From NCBI GenBank assembly GCA_965205945.1, contig CBDBIB010000003.1, forward strand, positions 736,394 to 800,393: a DNA stretch of 64,000 nt, in the 5' to 3' direction. The stretch comes from Bdellovibrionales bacterium (lineage in GTDB: Bacteria > Bdellovibrionota > Bdellovibrionia > Bdellovibrionales > UBA1609). Numbering within the stretch: position 1 is the first letter of the stretch; every line of letters begins with the position of its first letter. This document shows, one piece after another, positions 1-10,049 of the stretch. The notes under the pieces are model-generated. The model searched no databases and was not told the origin of the DNA. It saw only the letters and a list, made by a program, of their open reading frames with translations. The translations under genes and the position numbers were made by a program.

Positions 1-275
1 GAGTAAGTAGATTATTAAGGCCTTTTTAAATAGAAACAAAGGGAGAAAGAGACTTAATAACAATTTTATAAAAAAAACTTCCTTAAATTAATATGGTTAT
101 TAAAATAACAAGTGTTTTTAGAGTTTTTTTTATTAGCAAGAGCCCTTTTTTCTGTATGAAGCCTTAATCTAAAAGGCCATCTTTAATTATAATAACGGCT
201 TTAAATGGTTAATACTTCACAGTTTTAAATACGTTATTGGGATTTAAAGATAGGTGAACTAATGTTTTATACCTT

Positions 276-2024
276 TTAAAGGTCTGTATTTGGAGGAATT
301 TCAGACTGGTTTCCATTATCTCTAGTAATAGTTGGTTTAAACCCACTAGGTACAAATTGAGGGTGAGTAATATTATTTTCCCAATAGCCTATTTTCGTGG
401 CTGTTTTATCCCATAAACCATATGCAACAAAATCTGTTAGCGCGTCAATACTGTTAGAAATATCTTTTGTTAAGGGTTGATTTTTTTTTGATAATAAATC
501 TATACGATCAATTGGAATAAGTTTATCTAAGTTAAAGAAGGGATCATTATATTTATATTCAGCAAAGAAACTTTCTTCTTTTCTCCAATTTTTAATCCCT
601 GTAATATGGTAAGAAATGGCTTGTTTTAAGGCATTAAAGCTTTGTTCTTTGTAGTTTTTAACTAAAGTTCCTTGTCCAAAAAAGCTTCCATGATGCATAT
701 AAGGAGCTGTTTCTATAACATTTCTAAGGCTTGGAACTCTGAATTTAAAACAATCTTTAATATTATAGGTTGCTAAGGCTCGACCCATATCAGGAGCATA
801 GGTGTTAGTAGTTGTAACATCTTTTATATGACAACGGGGGTATTTCCCTCTCTGCTTTTGGATACTTGGAAAAAACCCTGATTCACCTAAATCAAAAATT
901 AAAGAAGGTTTACTAAGAGAGCTTAAAGGGTCACTTTTTACTGCTAAAGACGCAAACTTAATTCCTCCAAAAAGTGTACTTGAGTGGCATTGGACACAAT
1001 TTGCTCCGGTATATTTTTTCTTTTCAATTATAAAACTATTTGAAGAATCACTAAAAAATATGGCAGCACCAATTTTTTGTTTTTTTGTTAGTGCATTAGT
1101 TTTTCCTAAAACGTATTTGTCAAAAGGGGTGTTTATTGCAACATGGGAGGTAACAAATGCAGCTAAAGCTTTTCCAATATTTAAATCATTAACAGGTTCA
1201 TTATAAACTTTATTGAATAAGTTAACGTATTTTTTTATACTTCGAATTTTAGCTACTGCAATGGCAGTGCACTCATTTCTAAGTGGAACAGTTCTAGTCT
1301 TATTTTTTCTATAAGAAGGTACCCCTTCGATTAGTTCGGGAGTAGAGTTAAAGGCATCAAATTGTACTCCTGAGTACCTATTGCCAGCATGACTGTGACG
1401 AATTTTAACGGGAGTTTTAAAAAGAGGCCCTAGTGGGGAAAAAATATTTAATTCTTCATTTGGTAAAGGGTTTGTGCCACACATTTCTTCTTTTGTATGA
1501 ATGGGTAGTAAGGTTTGAAAATTAAGCTTTCCAAATCTTCCATCCCATAATAGGCCACTATCGTTAATAGGGTCAGATCTGTATACTACATTTATAGTAG
1601 AAAGAGCATTTCTAAACATAGGGGATTGACAATTAAAGCCAAAACTATCATTACCACAATGTCTAGAGGTTGAAAGAGTGCCTGAAGCCCATTTGCTGCC
1701 GATATTGTCTCCATGTGGCCCTCCTTTGCCGAGAGCACCAAAATCTAGTCTATTTCCTGTAGCAAAGCCATGGTTGCTTAAATGGCAAGTTGCACAACTA
1801 ACATCGTTATTACGTGATAATACAACATCGTTAAAGAGTAATCGGCCTAGCTTTAATTCTGTTGCAGACGGCTTATAACCAAGAACTTTGTTAAAGTTAG
1901 GTGGGGGCGGGGTGGTTAAGTACTTTGAGTGATTTTTTTGTAAATATAAGTCAGCCTCATCTAATGAATTTTTTTTACAAGCAGAAATAATGAGTATAAT
2001 ATAAATTAAAAATAGCGCCTTCAT
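276..2024 (-). CDS. Di-heme cytochrome c peroxidase/MauG-family lipoprotein
   Basis: Heme motifs CATCH and CVQCH; LGRLLFND-LSRNNDVSC, LWDGR, VPSLRNV-TAPYMHHG. Probable start is M23 of the ORF (2024), giving lipobox LIISAC. Confidence 0.85.
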   Translation of the reverse strand: MKALFLIYIILIISACKKNSLDEADLYLQKNHSKYLTTPPPPNFNKVLGYKPSATELKLGRLLFNDVVLSRNNDVSCATCHLSNHGFATGNRLDFGALGKGGPHGDNIGSKWASGTLSTSRHCGNDSFGFNCQSPMFRNALSTINVVYRSDPINDSGLLWDGRFGKLNFQTLLPIHTKEEMCGTNPLPNEELNIFSPLGPLFKTPVKIRHSHAGNRYSGVQFDAFNSTPELIEGVPSYRKNKTRTVPLRNECTAIAVAKIRSIKKYVNLFNKVYNEPVNDLNIGKALAAFVTSHVAINTPFDKYVLGKTNALTKKQKIGAAIFFSDSSNSFIIEKKKYTGANCVQCHSSTLFGGIKFASLAVKSDPLSSLSKPSLIFDLGESGFFPSIQKQRGKYPRCHIKDVTTTNTYAPDMGRALATYNIKDCFKFRVPSLRNVIETAPYMHHGSFFGQGTLVKNYKEQSFNALKQAISYHITGIKNWRKEESFFAEYKYNDPFFNLDKLIPIDRIDLLSKKNQPLTKDISNSIDALTDFVAYGLWDKTATKIGYWENNITHPQFVPSGFKPTITRDNGNQSEIPPNTDL

Positions 2025-2032
2025 TAGAGTGT

Positions 2033-3028
2033 TTAATATACTACAACATTGCCTGAATCTAAAAGTGTAGAGTATATATTTAAAGGCCATTTTATAGATT
2101 TAAGTCTAATATTAGAGTAAAATTCTTGCTTATTTAGGTTAGAGCTTAAATTTTCATTGGAAAATTTCTTAATTTTACTGCAGGATTTAGAAGGACTAGA
2201 GCTTGTTTTGCATAGGTTTTTATAGGAAAAAAAGTCAATTTCAGCAGAAGTAGGTGTCATACTAGAGGGATCTATTAAAAAGTTAGCATTAAAGCTTAAG
2301 GCATAGATTGTATCCATATCTGCTACGTTAATCAACTTAGTAGACTTAATCAAAGAGTATCCGGTGATATCTTTTTCAACTATTATACTATAAATAGTAG
2401 GCAAAAGATCCTGATCAAGTTTATTGCAAGTGGAGTCAACTTTGTTGTTATTTAATTTTAAAAATTCACAGCAATGAATATCTCCTAAGATATTAACAGG
2501 ATAGACTTTAGTTTCATAAATTTCTTTAAGGGTGGATTCATTGAGTTCTTTTAAAAAATTCTCCTGTGTAATACAACGTGAAAAGATTATTTCTCGATTT
2601 TTTGACATGTTTTTATTAACAGAAGAGGTTTTTAGCGTTTTAAAAAAAGTCCAATTATTAGTTTTTAGTCTTGATTTTAAATTAGAAGTAAAAGATATGT
2701 CCATATCTGGATTTACAGAAAGCCAATTTTTATTGTAAATTTGATAAGCTTCAAGTTTATTGTTAGCTGTAAATTTTAAATGATAGCTAGTTTCTGGATC
2801 AATATTCTCTAATAAAGTACCTTCTATACCATATCTAATTTTTTTAAAATAACTATGATAAATAGAATTATAAGTGGTTTTATTAAGAACAGAGTTATTA
2901 TTTTGAATAAGCATAAGAAAGCTTGATGATATTCCAAGAAAAACAAAACTAAGAACTGTTATTGATATTAATAATTCAATTAAAGAAAATCCACTATTGT
3001 GTGTGTTTATGAATTTAAATTTTTTCAT
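2033..3028 (-). CDS. Prepilin-type N-terminal cleavage/methylation protein
   Basis: G-FSLIELLISITVL class III signal with Glu+5. Confidence 0.8.
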   Translation of the reverse strand: MKKFKFINTHNSGFSLIELLISITVLSFVFLGISSSFLMLIQNNNSVLNKTTYNSIYHSYFKKIRYGIEGTLLENIDPETSYHLKFTANNKLEAYQIYNKNWLSVNPDMDISFTSNLKSRLKTNNWTFFKTLKTSSVNKNMSKNREIIFSRCITQENFLKELNESTLKEIYETKVYPVNILGDIHCCEFLKLNNNKVDSTCNKLDQDLLPTIYSIIVEKDITGYSLIKSTKLINVADMDTIYALSFNANFLIDPSSMTPTSAEIDFFSYKNLCKTSSSPSKSCSKIKKFSNENLSSNLNKQEFYSNIRLKSIKWPLNIYSTLLDSGNVVVY

Positions 3029-5568
3029 TTAGATTTAATAAGATTATCCGCTTCTTTTGTTAAAAGAATTTCAGCGATATTAGTATCGGCTTTAATCAGA
3101 TCATATACAGATTTGTATATATTGTTATTGTTATCTTCTAAAGGAAGTTTAGAAAGTTCTTGGTGAAGCTGATATGATCCTGTGGTATAAGAGGTGCTAC
3201 CACCCCCTACAGGCTCAACAGCAATCCAAGCCGCATTATAGTACTTTTGGGCTGTATCTGGAAAAGGTTTATTATATTCATTACTGCTTAAATTCAGTAA
3301 AATATGACTCCATTGAAGAGGTGTTTGAGGAGGGTAAAAATAAGCAGATTCATTTTTACAAATTAAAACACCGTCCGTGTATTTCTTACCAACACCTGAA
3401 GATATAAAGTACCCAAGGTTTTTGTTAAAGCAAACATATGAGATTGATTTTTCTTGTGTTTCGTCTATAAAAGTCACCCCTTTGTGTTTAATATTATGAA
3501 GAATAATACCAGCTTTCTGAGAGCTCGGTGTAATTAAGAAGTTTTTAGTTGTGTCTGGATGTTTACGAAGATTTACTTCTGAGTTTAAGCCAAAAAATAA
3601 AGAAGATTCTTTAATACTTGGTTGTGTATTTAAATTTACAATTTGAGGAAGAGAAGCTAAGGAGTACCCTGATGCGTTCTGATCATAAGCAGCCCAAAAA
3701 GCAGTTGGTATTAAAGACACTTCTTTTTTGGAATTTCTAGTAGTATCTAAAATCTGCTCATTTGTTTGAGGTGCTATAAAAAGCCCTTGATTTGCTAAGT
3801 TAATAAATTTAAGCTCTGATTCCTGAATATTAAAGTACTCTTTAAGAGTATCTTCATCAAGATTTAACCATTCTGTCAGCTTATCTTTATTTAAAACCTC
3901 TAAACCCTGTTCAAAACAAATTCTTGGAGCATCAAATTTGGTCGCTTTTTTAATGATGCCAGTTTGTATATCTCTAGCAAATCGAAATTTACCGAAAGAA
4001 AAACACATAACAGGAAGTTTATTTGAGCAAAGATTAGGTGTTAATTCTATTTTTCTATTTTTAAAACTTGTACTTAAACAGTTTTTTGATGAAGATCTAA
4101 GTTTATTAACAGTGGTGAATGATTTAATATCAAATTGATTTTTTGATGCGCACTCTGGTATGCCTCCATCAAGAGGTTCTATTGGGTGCCCATCTGAATA
4201 GTTTGTTCTTTGGACAGGACCAAAAGTTCCAAGTCCTAGGCGAGCACAAGATTTCATATAACAAGTAGTACACGCAACCTCACCAGCACTTGAAAAGACT
4301 TCAGGTGTGTCTTTAATAGATTCTTTATTTCTTCCTGATGTGCGGTATAAATCAAATGAAAAGTTTCCTTTATAAAAAAGGCCTTGTTCCACTGATGAGC
4401 AAATATTATTACAAGTGTTTTGTATGTTTTTAATGGAAAATGAGAAATTATTTGTTCCATTTTTTATTGAAATTGCGTTTTGACGGTTCATTTGTGAATT
4501 AATATTTGAATCTTTAATGCGAATATTTGATGAAAGCTTAGAAGAAAAAGATAGATTTAAATCAGCATTGATAGTGTCAGGATATTTTCTATTAGGATTA
4601 TAGTTTAAAATCATATCAATATCTAAAGTATCATCAAACTGTCGACTGTCATCTGAGTTTGAACATTTAAAAGTTTTTTCATTACAAGAGATTTCAACAT
4701 TGTATCTAGAATCAATAGATAGATTTGTTCCATCAATTTTACCAACTTGGATACCTGGCTTTAGTAATTGAAACTCTAAGAGTGTGTTGTTCTCTCTTTC
4801 AAAAGAGGTACTATTGTAAATATTTTCTCCAGAATTATCAACTAAGCCACTTCCAGATGGATATACTTTATAATATTCTTTTTCTGATCTAGAGCCTTTA
4901 GGAGAAGAAAACCATTTTTGTTTTTCTATTTCACAGTATCCAACATTTGAGGCAGGTACAAACAATTTGTTTGACCTTATAGCTTCTTCCTTGTCGTTAA
5001 AAATAAGTGTATTAAAATCAAAAGCAATCTTTTTTATATCTTCTTTTTTTTTGTTTTGAGGAAATACAGACATGGTTATATTTCTTGCATCAATATTAAT
5101 AGGGTTTAGTCCTATTACAGTATAGTAGAGTTGATTTTGTTTAAACATTTTAAAACATTTTTGGTATTTTGAGTTAGTAGTAAGTTTTTTTGAACAGCTA
5201 ATCGAAGTCCAATTACTAGGCAAGTAGTCAGACCATTTTTCTTTGTGTTCAAAAAAACTAAAATCTAATAAAAGCTCTACATAGTTAATTCCAGGTCTTA
5301 TGTTTTCTATTGATATATTTTTACAGATACCGTCAGTTCTTTTTCCAGTTTTTTTAGAGTAAGTTTTAAATAGAATACTTTTTGCAGCACTAAGAGCTGT
5401 TTCTTGCTCATAAAAAGACTCTACCTTACTGCTTTGTTGAGTTTGGTTTTGTGAAATATTTGAATTAATATTTACTATACCTGCAACAACGATTAGTGAA
5501 ATAGTTGAAGCAAGTATCACCTCAACTAATGACATTCCAGATTGAGTTTTAATTTTACTATTGTTCAT
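3025..5568 (-). CDS. Large Cys-rich prepilin-type protein (847 aa), possible minor pilin/adhesin
   Basis: G-MSLVEVILASTI class III signal; many Cys; 4-nt overlap with the next gene. Confidence 0.75.
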   Translation of the reverse strand: MNNSKIKTQSGMSLVEVILASTISLIVVAGIVNINSNISQNQTQQSSKVESFYEQETALSAAKSILFKTYSKKTGKRTDGICKNISIENIRPGINYVELLLDFSFFEHKEKWSDYLPSNWTSISCSKKLTTNSKYQKCFKMFKQNQLYYTVIGLNPINIDARNITMSVFPQNKKKEDIKKIAFDFNTLIFNDKEEAIRSNKLFVPASNVGYCEIEKQKWFSSPKGSRSEKEYYKVYPSGSGLVDNSGENIYNSTSFERENNTLLEFQLLKPGIQVGKIDGTNLSIDSRYNVEISCNEKTFKCSNSDDSRQFDDTLDIDMILNYNPNRKYPDTINADLNLSFSSKLSSNIRIKDSNINSQMNRQNAISIKNGTNNFSFSIKNIQNTCNNICSSVEQGLFYKGNFSFDLYRTSGRNKESIKDTPEVFSSAGEVACTTCYMKSCARLGLGTFGPVQRTNYSDGHPIEPLDGGIPECASKNQFDIKSFTTVNKLRSSSKNCLSTSFKNRKIELTPNLCSNKLPVMCFSFGKFRFARDIQTGIIKKATKFDAPRICFEQGLEVLNKDKLTEWLNLDEDTLKEYFNIQESELKFINLANQGLFIAPQTNEQILDTTRNSKKEVSLIPTAFWAAYDQNASGYSLASLPQIVNLNTQPSIKESSLFFGLNSEVNLRKHPDTTKNFLITPSSQKAGIILHNIKHKGVTFIDETQEKSISYVCFNKNLGYFISSGVGKKYTDGVLICKNESAYFYPPQTPLQWSHILLNLSSNEYNKPFPDTAQKYYNAAWIAVEPVGGGSTSYTTGSYQLHQELSKLPLEDNNNNIYKSVYDLIKADTNIAEILLTKEADNLIKSK

Positions 5569-5592
5569 TTTAACTCCATTTCATACTTTGGC

Positions 5593-6816
5593 TTAATGGG
5601 GTGGTGAAACATATTGTATCATTTTAGTGACGCCAATGTCTCTAGTGGTGGAAGAAGTTTCTGTGGTTACTTCTTCTGCTAATCGTCTAGGTATAATGTC
5701 AGAGTTCTCATCTTCAAAGTTAAATCCATAAGAAAGATCCATATAAACTTCTTTATGTACAGAACTTTCAGTTTTTCTGCTGCCAGCACGAGTAGAAGAA
5801 GTGACACGAGTTACGTGAGTTTTCTGAGTTGGAGGTAGGCATGGGATTTTATCTTCATAGGTTATTATTTTTCCAGGCATTAAAACACTTTCACCATTAG
5901 CTAATATATCTATAGTTTCAATTCGATCGCTCATTTCTGGATAGTTTTTCGTGTTAAATTTCATTTTTTTAAAGAAATTTAATTTATATATTGCCCCAGG
6001 ACCTTCGTTTTTTATAGATAGAGTGACATGCTTTTCTCCTTCAATAAGGTCGTCTACTTCTTCAGTACTTCCTCCTTTTTGAATAGTTGAATATGATCTA
6101 GGGACATCATTTTTTGATCGACATTCTTTATTTGGGTTATGAGACTGTCCAGGCGTGCATACAAGATTACAGGCTGCGGAGTTTTCAACGCTAAGAACAG
6201 GAGTAGCAAAAGGCCTTCTAATTAAAGAGTTTTTTTCTCCTATGACTTTATTTTTGTACTGAGCAGTTGCAGTAATAAGAATAACTTTATTGTCTTGATC
6301 TAAGTATTCAAATTGAGAATCTTTAGGGCCAATAATTTTACCTAAAGACTTATCGGTTTTAAAATCTTTAATTTCAAAACTTATCCTTATGCTGTAATTT
6401 TCTTTATTTGTGAATATATTGTGTCCGGATGGAATTTCTAGTAAGTAGTCGTTGCCTTTAGACACGTCGTTAATTCCGTAGAAATTTAAATCAACTGTTC
6501 TCCCATCATTATTTAACGAATATTTCTCACCGCCCCAAATGCATTGTTTTTTAATTGGAGCAGGCCAACTGCCCTCATCAAGATCGCGACATAATATTAG
6601 ATTATTTGTAATAAAATAAGAGGCTAATGATAAAGACTTATCTAAGTATTCTAGTACATTTAAATCTGTCTCGTGACCTATTCTAGCTTCGTTATCTGTA
6701 ATAAGGTTAGAGGTTACTATAACAGTCATAACACCTACCATGGAAAGTGCTCCGATAACTGGTAGTAGAGCTAAACCTTTTTGATACTTTAAACTTTTCA
6801 TTATTAAATTTTTCAT
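5593..6816 (-). CDS. PilX/GspK-like minor pilin (no Glu+5)
   Basis: KG-LALLPVIGALSMV hydrophobic N-terminus; first gene of the pilin cluster. Confidence 0.6.
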   Translation of the reverse strand: MKNLIMKSLKYQKGLALLPVIGALSMVGVMTVIVTSNLITDNEARIGHETDLNVLEYLDKSLSLASYFITNNLILCRDLDEGSWPAPIKKQCIWGGEKYSLNNDGRTVDLNFYGINDVSKGNDYLLEIPSGHNIFTNKENYSIRISFEIKDFKTDKSLGKIIGPKDSQFEYLDQDNKVILITATAQYKNKVIGEKNSLIRRPFATPVLSVENSAACNLVCTPGQSHNPNKECRSKNDVPRSYSTIQKGGSTEEVDDLIEGEKHVTLSIKNEGPGAIYKLNFFKKMKFNTKNYPEMSDRIETIDILANGESVLMPGKIITYEDKIPCLPPTQKTHVTRVTSSTRAGSRKTESSVHKEVYMDLSYGFNFEDENSDIIPRRLAEEVTTETSSTTRDIGVTKMIQYVSPPH

Positions 6817-7126
6817 ACAGTATAAATCGGACAGATTTTAATATTTCTTGACCTTTTTCTTGAAAAATATGTCTTAAAATTTTAATAGTGTATAGTTTTG
6901 AATCGCTTTTTATTAAAAGCTGCAGCAATGTTGCTGTACTTGTTTTAAAAAAAGGTTCTAACATTTAAAAAATATTTAAACTAATTTTAATTAGTAGCTA
7001 ATAAGTTGACTTATTAAAACGAATAAACAGAAAGAGGAGAATAAAAAGGCGGCTTTAGATATGTTGACTTCATACCATTTCGGAAAATTTTTGGATAGTT
7101 GGGACCTGAAGGGAAATTTAATTCAG

Positions 7127-7924
7127 TTAAACCACATTCTTCATAACAACTACTTTTTCACTTGGCAAACAATTTAAATACACCACATTCTCTCGCTCCC
7201 AATTCCTAATTCCTCTGCTACTCCAGCGCTCTGGCTTTAACCTTCTTGCTGCTTCATAAACTTCCTTACGCTTTTCTAATATCTCTTTATCTTTTCCTAA
7301 ATGGCGCTCTGATGGCGTCACAAACTTTATTCCACTGTGACGATGCTCTTCATTGTACCAATTAACAAAATTATCAACCCAGTCTCTTGCATCACCTATG
7401 CTTTTAAAAAACTCTGGATAATCCGGCACATACTTTAACGTCTTAAATAAACTTTCTGAATAGGCATTGTCATTACTTACACTCGGCCTACTAAATGAAC
7501 TTGAAACTCCCAACCAATCAAGTGTTGCTAGCATCGTTGCTCCCTTCATTGAGCCGCCATTATCTGAATGTAATACTAGCTCATCTCTTTTTATTTTTTC
7601 TCTCTCACAAATCTCTTTAATTAACTCTGATGATAAATCCATACTTTCTCTAACGTGTACTTTATAACCTACAATCTTTCTACTAAACACATCCATAAAC
7701 ATATATAAATAATAAAACCGACCCCGCACCAAAGTTTTTAAATAAGTAATATCCCAAGAATAAACTTGATTCACTTCCGTTGCAGTCATTCCTTTTGGCT
7801 TTTGTTTAGTTTTTGGTTTTGTTCTTCCTCTATGAACTAAAAGTTTATTCTCTTTTAAAACTTTATAAAAACTTGATTCACTTGCTAAATAAACTCCATC
7901 ATCTGCAAGTTTTGAAACTATCAC
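7127..7924 (-). CDS. IS3 OrfB DDE transposase (frame stays open upstream to the frameshift site)
   Basis: WDITY, LHSDNG, NDNAYSESLFKTLKY, WYNEEHRHSGI. Confidence 0.95.
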   Translation of the reverse strand: MIVSKLADDGVYLASESSFYKVLKENKLLVHRGRTKPKTKQKPKGMTATEVNQVYSWDITYLKTLVRGRFYYLYMFMDVFSRKIVGYKVHVRESMDLSSELIKEICEREKIKRDELVLHSDNGGSMKGATMLATLDWLGVSSSFSRPSVSNDNAYSESLFKTLKYVPDYPEFFKSIGDARDWVDNFVNWYNEEHRHSGIKFVTPSERHLGKDKEILEKRKEVYEAARRLKPERWSSRGIRNWERENVVYLNCLPSEKVVVMKNVV

Positions 7925-8166
7925 ATGAGGAGAGTCATCAACATACTTTTTTAAAGTACAGGTGTTAATGATCTCATCTTTTTCTTTATCACTTAATTTA
8001 TTTTTTGGAGGCGATAAGGGTCCTTTTCTTTTATCAGTTAAAGAAAGTTTCCAGCGGTTGAAAGTTTTAATATCAATTTCTAAATCGCTGCAGGCAAGTT
8101 TAAGTCTACAGCCATTTTTAGAAGAGGTGTTAATTAATTCAAGACAAACTTCTTTGTCATCAGGAC

Positions 8167-8667
8167 TTAATCTTCGTCCTCTTTGACCCCCCAGATCTCG
8201 TGGCTTTTTTTTAACAAGATGATTCTAGCAGACTGTTCAGCTAGAGCTTTTTCAGCTCGATTTAAAGATCTTTCTAAGTTTATTTTATCTTTCCTTAAAG
8301 TTTTAATTTCAGGATCAAGTGAAGGTCTTCCAACAGGATTTTGTCCAAGTAATTCTTTTTCAAAATTAATAAGGTCTGAAGAGTTAAGTCCATTTTCTCT
8401 AAGAAATTTTCCAAGTTCGTTTTCATTTAAAGATTGAGTTTTTTTAATAAAGTTAAGTTTGTCTTCAAGAGAGAGTTTTTTATTGCTGTTGCTGTGGGTC
8501 ATAGAATTTAAATTAGCATATTTTTTCTTCCATCCATAGAGGGTTGAAGAGGCAATGTTAAGTTTACTAGCGGTGTAAGTGAGTCCTTTTTTGTCAGCGA
8601 GTAATTTTTTCACAGCGTTGAGTTTAAAGTTTTCATTATAAGTTTTATTGAGGTTATTGTTTTTCAT
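8167..8667 (-). CDS. IS3 OrfA
   Basis: N-terminal HTH, coiled coil, LKK encoded by A8G slippery run. Confidence 0.9.
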   Translation of the reverse strand: MKNNNLNKTYNENFKLNAVKKLLADKKGLTYTASKLNIASSTLYGWKKKYANLNSMTHSNSNKKLSLEDKLNFIKKTQSLNENELGKFLRENGLNSSDLINFEKELLGQNPVGRPSLDPEIKTLRKDKINLERSLNRAEKALAEQSARIILLKKSHEIWGVKEDED

Positions 8668-9024
8668 ATGTTTTCCTTTTTAAGCCCCTGATATTGTTTA
8701 AATAAAGTGGATTTCAAAAGTTAAACTGAATTTTAAATAATTAATTTTTCTCTCAGGTCCCAACTATCCAAAAATCGGGGGATTTCGGCATTGAATAAAG
8801 AGCTTAAAGTTTAAGCCTTTTTACTAAAGCAGTCCTAAAGATATTCTCTCCTTATTCATTAAAAAAGGCTGCTAGTAGCGCTCAAGCCCTGTTATTTGTG
8901 GCGCTACAATAAAAACAACAAATATTTTGGAAAAAGAAATTGTAAAAGTAAGAATTTTATAATATTTAAAGCTCTATTTCATAAATAAAAAAGTTTTTTA
9001 ACCCTTAATATTAGGAGAGTAAAT

Positions 9025-9702
9025 ATGAGAAAAATAATGGTATGTATAGCGTTCCTACTGGCTTCATCGTTTTTAGAGGCTAGAGAATCTAGTTTAAATG
9101 GTGTTGTGCTTGAAAATACGTTTGGAGTTGAGAGCTTAAATGAACAAGAGGATAAATATGAGGCTGAATTTTTAGATGAACTTAATTACAATTCAGCTGA
9201 TGAAGATTTTAATTTGTATGTAGACAGTTTTAATGCAGATCTATTAGGTGCAGATGAGTCATTTGATTTACAAGGCTTGGGTTCGTGGATTGAAGATGTA
9301 TTTAGATTTCCTAGAGAAGGCCGCATCGGTAGAGGAGGCCGTAGAGGTGACAGAAATAATCGAGGTATAAGTTGCACATTTGAAGATAAAGGGTGGTTTG
9401 AAGAGCATCGTAATGGACATGGATCTTGTAAAGAGTGCCTTAGGCATCATGGAGAATGTCGTAAGGAGTGTAGCGAAAATCAGTATGTTTGTAGAGCCAT
9501 CTTTATTCATTATTATAGAAGCGGCGAGCGCTCCTATCACGGAAAAGCAGAAAACCGAAGTCGTGCTAAAAGACGAGCTCTTAGAAAGTGTGAAAGAAGA
9601 AATGATCTTACTAGTGGGTATTGTTCGGTTCGTAACTGTAGAAATGAATCAAGGATAATTTCTAGAGATTCATGTAGAAGAAGGAGGGGCGGGAGAAGAT
9701 AA
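9025..9702 (+). CDS. Secreted protein with acidic N-half and Arg/Cys-rich C-half
   Basis: AGGAG RBS, signal peptide, 10 Cys in the C-half. Confidence 0.75.
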   Translation: MRKIMVCIAFLLASSFLEARESSLNGVVLENTFGVESLNEQEDKYEAEFLDELNYNSADEDFNLYVDSFNADLLGADESFDLQGLGSWIEDVFRFPREGRIGRGGRRGDRNNRGISCTFEDKGWFEEHRNGHGSCKECLRHHGECRKECSENQYVCRAIFIHYYRSGERSYHGKAENRSRAKRRALRKCERRNDLTSGYCSVRNCRNESRIISRDSCRRRRGGRR

Positions 9703-9750
9703 AATCCCCAAAATCCGAGTTTTATTTATTAATTTTTAATTTAAATTTAC

Positions 9751-9776
9751 AAAACCCACTTTTGAGAGGGTTTTTT
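9751..9776 (+). terminator. Probable intrinsic terminator
   Basis: aaaaccc...gggtttttt hairpin after the 9025 gene. Confidence 0.55.
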
Positions 9777-10049
9777 GTTTAAGCTTAGGCTTAAGCTCCA
9801 CTTGCATTTCTGGCTCTTAAAATCCGAACCACATTTTCCACCCTTTAGATAGAGAGTGGAAAGGGTATAGATTCTTAGAGCGTATTCTATAGCTGGTGTT
9901 AGGGTAAAAGTCAGAATTAGATTTTATGATTTAAGAGGGAACTAAAGTCTTTAAACCTCATACTTTTAATCTGATTTCTTAATTTAGAGGTTCATCTTTG
10001 AGATTATATTTCTAAGTATAACCTAAGGTTTAATTTAAAGCCATGAGAG

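Larger units (their letters stand above)
7080..8781 (-). mobile_element. IS3-family element, copy 1 (1702 bp)
   Basis: Terminal IR core ATTTTTGGATAGTTGGGACCTGA; orfA/orfB; appears identical to 25163-26864 in reverse orientation; exact ends ambiguous by a few bp. Confidence 0.95.

Noticed and set aside
9420..9450. CKECLRHH as a heme c site
   Set aside because: Not CxxCH; the His does not directly follow the second Cys.
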